A DNA stretch of 64,000 bases. Source: the human T2T-CHM13v2.0 reference genome, Homo sapiens. A program made the translations under genes and the position numbers. Under the pieces are notes generated by a model. That model was not told the DNA's origin, did not search any database, and worked only from the letters and a program-made list of their open reading frames with translations. The DNA is taken from the NCBI RefSeq assembly GCF_009914755.1, contig NC_060925.1; one strand, given 5' to 3'. This document shows, one piece after another, positions 55,858-64,000 of this stretch (the first letter of the stretch is position 1; each line of letters opens with the position of its first letter).

Positions 55858-56293
55858 TGCATTTGTTTGCTAGAGCTGACATATAAAATTACCATAATCT
55901 AGGTGGCTTAAAACATGACAAATTTATACTCTCAGACTTCTGGAAGTTAGAAATGTGAAATAAAGATGTCAGCATGGTTGGTTCTTTCTTAAGCCTCCAA
56001 GAAATAATCTGTTCTACGCCATTCTCATATCTTCCTATAGTTGGCATTCCTTGGCCTACAGCTATAACTCGGTCTCTTATCATCATATGGCCTTCTTTCC
56101 TCTATGTATCCTCTATATTCCTATGTCCAAATTTCTCTTTTAAGGATTCTAATCATTGATATTACTGTACACTTTAATCCAGGACAACCTTATCATAATT
56201 TGATTACTGGAAAGCTCCTATTTCCAAATGAGGTCCCATTCACCAGTTTCAGGTGAATGTGAATATTGGGGAGACACTGTTCAATCAAGTAGA
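55858..56293 (-). mobile_element. MLT1C-like MaLR solo LTR
   Basis: attaccataatctaggtggcttaaaac...cctatttccaaatgaggtcccattcac...gggagacactgttcaatc. Confidence 0.82.
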
Positions 56294-56784
56294 ATAAATT
56301 ATTGTATTTATCTAAATCTCGGATGATTGTCAATTAATTTTAATTCAAATAATATAAAAGTTTATGTATTAAATAGACTTCTTCGGGAAGCATGAGCAAT
56401 AACAAAATCACAGAATTTTAGAAATTAAAGGAAACTCAGTCCAGCATTTCCTAATTTTTTTCTGTGGAACTTTAATATTATCGGATATGAAGAAGTGATA
56501 ATTTAATAAAATGTGCCATGATGAAATACAATTGGTAAACATGACATACAATACCACCCCAGAAAGTAGCCTTAAACATTAGTTGACTAAAATCCTCAAA
56601 AAATCCTGAAGTCCTATTAATTTTTTTTACACCAAGTCTTCTTTATTGGATCATTCAGTCCTTTTCCATCACGTCTATAAATAGTTTTCTAAAGCACCAA
56701 TTATGATACAAGATTTAGTCTGTGGTGTTTTTAAATCATAGCCACAGGATCTTTGATATTTCTCCCACTTAGAGGTAGGGTCTA

Positions 56785-57509
56785 ACATGGCACAACCAGC
56801 CTCAAGCTTCAGGCTGCTCCAACATAAAGCCAAGACCCACAGATATATGTTCTAGGCCCACCCCCAAGACTCAGTCCCTAGGCCCACCGAGGAGCAAGGG
56901 TGGACCCAGTGGCCCCAGTCTCCAGACTGACCCTGACACTGGGCTGGTAGTCATCAGGCCAGTACCTGTGAACCCAACCTACAGGCTGGCCCCTGTAGAC
57001 ACAGAGAACAGGTCCATCCCAGCACCTGGATGACCCTTGCAGATCAAAAGCCTTCCTTAGCACCATGTCAGCCCCTATGGAAATAGGCTTCAGGCCAGCC
57101 CCTGTGGATACAGGCTGCAGGCTCATACTTGCAAACCCAGGCTTCAGGCCCACCCCTGCAAACCTAAAAAACAGGTCTACCCCAGTGGGCACCTGCAAAA
57201 GGCCAGCTTGCATGAGGACTCTAGCTGCAAGCACGCTCATGGACCACATTAGCCAGCCTACTCAAAATCTCTGTGAAGGGCTTTCCCAAACAAGCCAGTC
57301 TGCAAAGACTAGAATAAATCTCTACTTCTTCAGATGCATGGACACCAACAGCTAGTCACAAAGATTAAAAACAATCAGAGTAACATGAAATCATTGAAGA
57401 AATAAAATAAAACATCAGTAACCAGTAACCAATCATAAAGACATGGGGATGTATAAACTTCCTGACCAACAATGTAAAATCATTGTTTTAAGGAAACTCA
57501 GCAAGCTTC
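56785..57509 (+). mobile_element. Old L1M (L1M2/M3-like) 5'UTR repeat region and ORF1 start
   Basis: GC-richer degenerate caggccagcccctgtggatacag-like repeats, then YKLPDQQCKIIVLRKLSKL resembling the L1 ORF1 N-terminus. Confidence 0.7.
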
Positions 57510-57844
57510 TAGAGGTAGTGAGGTTCTCTATCCTTACACCTGAAATCTGGACAGGTATGTTAATGGTGGTTAGGTTCACTATGTGTCCAATAAGGTATGC
57601 TGAGATAATCCTACGTGACTTCAGAAGCTGAGGCAAAAAGGTCAAACAGTTTCTGCCTGGTTCTCTTGGAATGCATGCTCTTGAAAATCTTCCTAGAATT
57701 CAGCTTCCATGCTCTAAGAAACCATAATGGAAATGTTGCATCTACACACTTACATCAACAATCCCAGTTGTTCCAGACTTGAGTCATTCCCAACCCAGGT
57801 GTCAGACATGTGAGTGAAGATGTCTCTAGATTAGTACAGTTTAA

Positions 57845-58028
57845 AGAGCTCCCTATGATGTTGGAAATGTTCTCTATATCTAAACTGTCTACCTGGGAGC
57901 CACTATGTTGTGCCTACTGGACATTTAAAATATGGCTAATGTGACTGAATGATTCAATTATTAATTGTATTTCATTTTAATTAATGTATATTTAAAGATA
58001 AATAGTGACTACTTTATTGAGCAGTGGG
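57845..58028. mobile_element. MER3-like hAT-Charlie MITE
   Basis: tgatgttggaaatgttctctatatct...agccact...acatttaaaatatggctaatgtgactga...ttcattttaattaat...gactactttattga. Confidence 0.7.
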
Positions 58029-59164
58029 CAAATAATTCTAGCCCCTAACCATCATTTGCATTACCCTCCGATGACTTCCCAGAAAACATGGAGCAAAACA
58101 CAAGTCATCCTGTTTTACCAGTTCCACATTTATGACCTACAGATTCCATGAGCATTTTTGCATTAACTCAACAAAATTTGGAGTAATTTGGTAGGCAGCA
58201 ATATAACTGGAACCAAATTCCAATCGCTTAATATAAGCAAACTGAGCCCCCAAAATTGTGCTTTGCACAAAATTCTGTGTCTGATTTGCAGAAAAGCTTA
58301 GAGCATAATACAGGACAAAGACTTTTGAAAATCCTACCATAAATGGACTCTTTGGATAATGTTATTATACTTGATAACCTAAAAATCTATGATGAGTGAG
58401 ACAGTTCTCTTCTACATGAAGCATTCTTGAAGTATGCTGTTTAAGTGGCCGTGACTATAATTCCACTAGTCAAGAGAATGTCCTGCCTATTTTATATTGT
58501 CTCTCCTTATAAATGCAAAAAGTTGAAATAAAATTACTCTATACAAGTTATAACACTAAATAGCAAGTGATGCTATTTGCTAAACACTGACCAAAATAAA
58601 TTACAATAATTCTGATAATCCTTCCTCGTCTCCTCTCAAAAAAGATCATGATTCGGTGATCAAATAACGCTTAAATACTATTTATTAAGTCAAATATCTT
58701 CTTTGGATTTTTATGTATTCAGTATTTATATTTAAAATATCGAGAATAAATTAGCAACACAAATCAGCAACATCCCCATCTCCCAGCAGCTTGACAGCTT
58801 TGTTACGGTTTAGATTCCCCAAGGAAAGTCTCAGCACCAATATATTGATTTGCACCACTGCACTTTTCTGACTAATTATTACCAATGCAGTCCCTCCAGC
58901 TTATCAACTCATCTTCACAGTAAGAGTGGCCTTCAGTTTAAATTCATTATGCTGATAAGTGACAACATCACAGTTGCATGACAATTGCTTTAATTAAAAA
59001 TATTTTTGAAGATTAGAAAACTATTGTATTCTGAAGTATACCAAAATGACTACAGAAGTGCCTGTCCCCCAAGAACTCAGGCTTTCATTGATGTATGACA
59101 TTCAACATTTACTAAGTTCTAAAAAGAAGATTCCTCTTTATTAAAATTTATCTTGAGAACTATG

Positions 59165-59570
59165 TCAGTAAGGATGACCTGTAAGAAAACTGTTTAGGAA
59201 AGCTGTCAGATTCTTTGACTTTTTTTTTTTTTCTAATGCATGACCATATTATTTGAGATGTGATGAGGGGAGATAGGAAAGTGAAGGATGCTATTAAAAA
59301 TGGGGTTAGGAAAATTCTTTCTGATGAAGGGCCTTGCATATTTGTGGGAAAAGAGTTCCATGCACAAGACACACAAATGCAAATGCACTAAATTATTTGC
59401 TGTTTACACGCAATATTTTATGTAATTCTCATAACTTCCCCATGAGGTGGGTGCTATTATGATTCTTATTCATTGTAAGCTTGCATGTCGGAATGCATGG
59501 CCAAGCTTAAATAACTAACTTGCATCTTACCCAAGGTTACTCAGGTAGAGTATTGCAGAGTCTGGATTTT
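59165..59570 (-). mobile_element. L2 fragment followed by MIR
   Basis: gggttaggaaaattctttctgatgaaggg...gggaaaagagttccatgcac (L2); taattctcataacttccccatgaggtgggtgctattat...acccaaggttac (MIR). Confidence 0.55.
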
Positions 59571-61974
59571 AAAAAGTAGCTTTTCTTTAACTTTTTTTTT
59601 TAAATGACGTCATGTTATTAGCCACAAAACAATACTACCTCCAATTTTGGAGTAAAACTGAGAAACTCACTAGTTTATTCAAAATATACTTGAATTTTTT
59701 TGCCTGATCTATAGTCAGTTTGTTTCTAGGTTTAAGCTAGTGTAATACAAGATTAGTTAAGCAAACTGCATTATGCAAAGATACGCATAATTCTTATAAT
59801 TATTAATTTAATTAACATCATGAATTATGTTATAGGTTATAGTTATTTCAATGGCTTTACAAACTATGCATTTCAATGTATTTTGGACTTTCCTAATAGT
59901 CTTGAATAAGGAAGTGAATGAAGACATCTGAACACCAAGGGAGAACTGATTGCAAATCTGAGTCTTTTTGCTCCTTCTGTCTTCATTAGACCTCAGGAAT
60001 CTAACAGACATTAATGGAATCAGTGAATGCCCATGTTTTTTTTCCAACACATGTAGCTGAGGCCTTCAGACCAGAATCTATATCATATAGCCCAGAGAAT
60101 CAGAGAAGTAACTTATCCTAGTGAGTAAAAAAATGACAATTTTATTTGAATACAAGTCCTCCTGATTTGAGTATCTGTAAATTATTACCCACATAACAAT
60201 ATCCTTCATTTCTCATCAGATTTGAATTAAATGAGGTAAGATCATGGTATATCTTTTATAATAAAGTTAGTTATTGTCAAAAACTAAAATATAAAACAAA
60301 CTTTTATTTTCTTTAAATATGAGTTTTGTATTATAAAATATCTTAATATTCATATTTTACATAAAAATTATTTTTCAATGTATTTAAAAGGAATAATGAT
60401 TTTATGAAGTATTGACTTTATAAATACTTACCAAAATTCTTCTAGCATTCATAATTGTGCCATTAATATAGGGCTAATACTAAGAAAAATATATATTTAA
60501 ATAACTGAGACTATTCTAAATAGATCCTATTCATGAATATGTATATTAGGCATATATTCAACATCATTAATGGGCATTTAGTACATTTTTAACTGATACC
60601 TGAACTAAATTTTAATAGATAATCTATCCTGATAAATAATTTTTATTTATTTTTGGAAGTGATCATTTCTAAATTAGCTTCATGTAAGACAGAAAGAGAA
60701 ATCAAATTAAACTACTTTAGGTAAGACTACTATTATTCACAAGAATCACAATTACGTTTGGTACAAATCTGTCACTTTTGATGAAAGTGAATTGATTTTT
60801 TATTATTTTTGAAGATAATGTTTTTGAAGACTAATGGGGTACATTACTATGTAAATATAAGTTATTAGGAGGTAACTTAGCAGGAAAAAGTATGTCGTAG
60901 ACAAAAAACTTCAGAAGATGAAGTTCAGAAATAAATAAATTTATGGTTTAAATGCACTGTAATCGAAATAGCCATATATATTGTTAGGGTGGAAGTGAAA
61001 TAATAACATTATCTTCAAAAAATCTACTGGCTTAATCAAGATCTAAACTTTTTGGAAACATGTATTACCTATATTGCTAAAATAAAATTACACAGTCTGG
61101 ATTTCTTATTGTTAAAGAGGAAATTTATTTATAGAAAAGGGAAGTCATAATCATATTACACAATGTTACTTTAATAACACAGGTCTTTTAAAATGTAAGA
61201 ATATCAAGAATCAATGCCTATATGAGTGTGAGATCAATTAGAAATCTTATTCAAAAGTTACGTTTTACAAATGACATATGTGTGCCATCTTTGTTTTCAA
61301 AGCCAGTACCTTATAGAGGACATATACCTACTTTCTGAATCATCAGTGTCACAGGGTATTGACTTTATCAAATTTCTAGAGAATATTGAGAAAATAATTA
61401 TCTTCTCAATGGCAAATATTATAGCCTTCAATTCCTAACTGTCCAAGGAGAACTTACATTTGACTTCATGTATAAATATGTACATTCAAAATTTGCAAGT
61501 TACATTAAAAATTTGATTCGGCCATTGGTGATAACCATCACTTACAGCTATCAGAAGTAAATATTTACCAGTATATTCCCAGTATGTTCCTCAAATATTA
61601 TTCATTGATAAAAATGGTATTCCCATCCATAATGCTTTTTTGAAACTCAGAAAAGTGATTCAGAAAACAAATTATTTTTATACGTATATTTACTTTTATT
61701 TTTCTGAGCTTCATAGGAAACAAAGCAAAACATTCTTCTTTCCATTACACTTCTATTCTGCAACTTTAAAAATGGTACTAAGAAATGTGATAGTTCAATT
61801 ATTGTCATATTAGAGTAGGAAAAATGACCATCCATTCCATTTTCACAGCATAGTTACCAAGCTGATCTCTTTCAGAACAAAATGGAACCTATATACATGC
61901 AAAACATTTAATCATCAAATACTATGTTTAAATAATGAATTTAAGAATATCCACAATCTAAATGAGAAAGTGCC

Positions 61975-62190
61975 ATTGGAAAAATATGGACTTTGGAATC
62001 AGAGCTGGGATGTGCTCTCTTGCATTTAATGTCTTTGAATCCACAAAAAATGAGTTAATTTTCTTGGAACTCAGTTTCCTCATCTCTAAAATGGTAATGA
62101 TAAAAATCTACCTCATGGGAAAGTCATGAGAATTAAAAGTAATGTTATGAAACATAATGCCTCATAAATAATGAGCATCAAATAGGCGGT
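61975..62190 (+). mobile_element. MIR
   Basis: ggactttggaatcagagctgg...ctcagtttcctcatctctaaaatggtaatgataaaaatctacctcat. Confidence 0.75.
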
Positions 62191-62774
62191 AGGGAAAGGA
62201 GTTTAAAATTGTATCATCCTGGCTGCTATTCCTAGAGTCCTCTAGGGTGGGAAGTGCTTGCCTGGGAAAATACTTTAAGAGTAGGTGGACTGAGACAAAA
62301 GATGTGATCTAAAAGCAAGAATGATCCATGAAGAAAAACTGCTTTGCAAGAGAAGCAGGGGGAACCATTTTGCCTCAAAGAGGGAAGAACTGAGAAAATC
62401 AGGATGATAAAAAACAGCAGACGGTGAGGAGGAACAGGGCTGAATATTACCAGGAGTAAGAGAGTTTAAAAAATCTGAGAATGGGAATGTTTATATTTCA
62501 TTGGAAGTGTTTGGCTTTTACTAAGCTTAGACTCTTCCTTTACCATATATAGAAACTTTTTTGTAAAGCAGGGTTTTTCCCTTCTGAAAACCAACGAAAA
62601 GACACTGGTTTGATATGGTATACATAAGTGATTGCATGTTTGCAAAGGAGTCAAGATGACCATAAAAAAAGCATGATTGGCAATTCATAAAGTATTAGAG
62701 ACAGCTTTGAATTTCACAGAATGCGGTTCTGGAATTTCAGCTAGTGTTACCCAGAGCGCAAGTGAGTAATATTT

Positions 62775-62990
62775 CAAACACTGGAGCCAGACTGCCTGAA
62801 ATAGAACACTGCCTTCTTCTATTATGGTGTTTCCCTGGGCAAGTTACTTACCTTCTCTGCTCAGTTTCCTCATCATAATAAAGCAATAATAGCACCTGAC
62901 TAATAACGTTATTGGTATTAATGAGTTAATATATGAAATGCCCTTAGAAAGATGCCTTGCACACAGAGAGATCTTTAAATACAGGCTACT
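62775..62990 (+). mobile_element. MIR
   Basis: ctggagccagactgcctg...ctgggcaagttacttaccttctctgctcagtttcctcatc...aatgagttaatatatg. Confidence 0.8.
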
Positions 62991-63018
62991 ATTAGGAAAG
63001 CCTCCCGCTGAGCCTCCA

Positions 63019-63501
63019 TGTAATGGTGAATTTTCTGTGTCAACTTGACTTTGCCACAGGGTGCCCAGATAAAGCATTATTTCTGGGTGTGTTTGTGAGA
63101 GTGTTTCTGGACAAGGTATGCATTTAAATTGGTGGACTCGGAAAAACAGTTTGACATTCCCAACATGGGTGGGCATCAGCCCATCTGTTTGAGGGCCTTA
63201 AGAGAACAAAAGTTGGAGGAAGGAGCAATGAGTTCCTTTTGCTTCCCGCATACCTGCTTGAGCTGGATCATCAGTCTTTTTCTGCCTTGGACTGAGAGTT
63301 ACACCATTATCTCCCCTGGTTTTCACACCTTCAGCCTCAAACTGCAATCACACCACTAGCTTTCCTGTGTTTCCAGCTAACAGAAGGTGGATTGTGGGAC
63401 TTCTCAGGCCCAATAACTGAATGAGTCAATTTCCTCATAATAAATCTCTTCACATATATCTCCTATTGGTTCTGTTTCTATGGAGAACCCTAATCAGTAC
63501 A
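63019..63501 (+). mobile_element. MLT2D-like ERVL LTR
   Basis: tgtaatggtgaattttctgtgtcaacttgac...aataaatctc...tcctattggttctgtttctatggagaaccctaatcagtaca; TG...CA ends. Confidence 0.88.
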
Positions 63502-64000
63502 GATTTTGGCACAAAGAATGGTAGCTTTTATTATGACCTAAGTAAGATATACTAAGTGGCCTGGAGCTCTCTGATACATCAAAAGGAAGTATGGATACAT
63601 CTATAGACCAAAAGATGACCAGGGACTTTTGAATGGTAATGTGCTCATGTTTTCATTCAGCTGTACTTCTTTGAGGAAAATGAAAGTTAAATAGTCTAAT
63701 TCTGTGGCATTTTAATACAAAGTTTTGCTTCTTACAATTTAGCTTCTTAAGGAGGGAGGTCAGAATTAGAGCAATGGAAAATAGAGCAAGAGAATCATGA
63801 CAAAAATTCATTTTCCTAGGAATACTGCTATCACTATGTTACTAATAACCATCTCTACTACCAGAATTTTTAAAAATGTCAAAGAAGGGTCTGAGTATTA
63901 TTTAGCTTTAATCCATCCTGTTCCATGCCTCTCTCTCTCACAAGTCACAATGCAGGCATTCAGTAAAATTAAATTCCAAATTGGATGAAAAAATGTTGGA

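Larger units (their letters stand above)
56721..58214 (+). mobile_element. MLT1G/H-like solo LTR interrupted by an L1 5' fragment and a MER3
   Basis: Start tgtggtgtttttaaatcatagccacaggatctttgatatttctcccacttagaggtagggtcta; resumes ~57510; cagacatgtgagtgaaga; end gtaatttggtaggcagcaatataactggaac. Confidence 0.75.

Noticed and set aside
56878-57355. 123-aa and 96-aa repetitive ORFs, or a CRISPR-like repeat array
   Set aside because: Degenerate tandem repeats of an old L1 5' region; no constant repeat with unique spacers, and the context is eukaryotic.

Overview
AT-rich primate (human-like) intronic or intergenic DNA with no CpG island and no intact protein-coding gene I can recognise. The listed ORFs are mostly decayed L1 ORF2, Alu, Tigger1 or LTR reading frames, or chance ORFs. 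Much of the window is transposable-element debris: 7 Alus, L1PA/L1MA/L1MC pieces, MaLR/ERVL solo LTRs, Tigger1, Tigger4a, Charlie1, MER3, MIR and L2. Three features stand out. (1) A ~620-bp unspliced fragment of the CTLA4 gene (end of intron 2, transmembrane exon 3, start of intron 3) sits inside an old L1MA at ~15700-16317, with no poly(A) or target-site duplication (TSD). (2) A 42-nt tailless 5S rRNA retrocopy with a 14-bp TSD lies at 11852-11893. (3) A ~330-bp insertion inside Charlie1 (46034-46365) is stitched from two nearby templates with microhomology at the junctions. Family and subfamily names and the CTLA4 and 5S matches come from remembered reference sequences, not database searches. 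Old-repeat boundaries are approximate.
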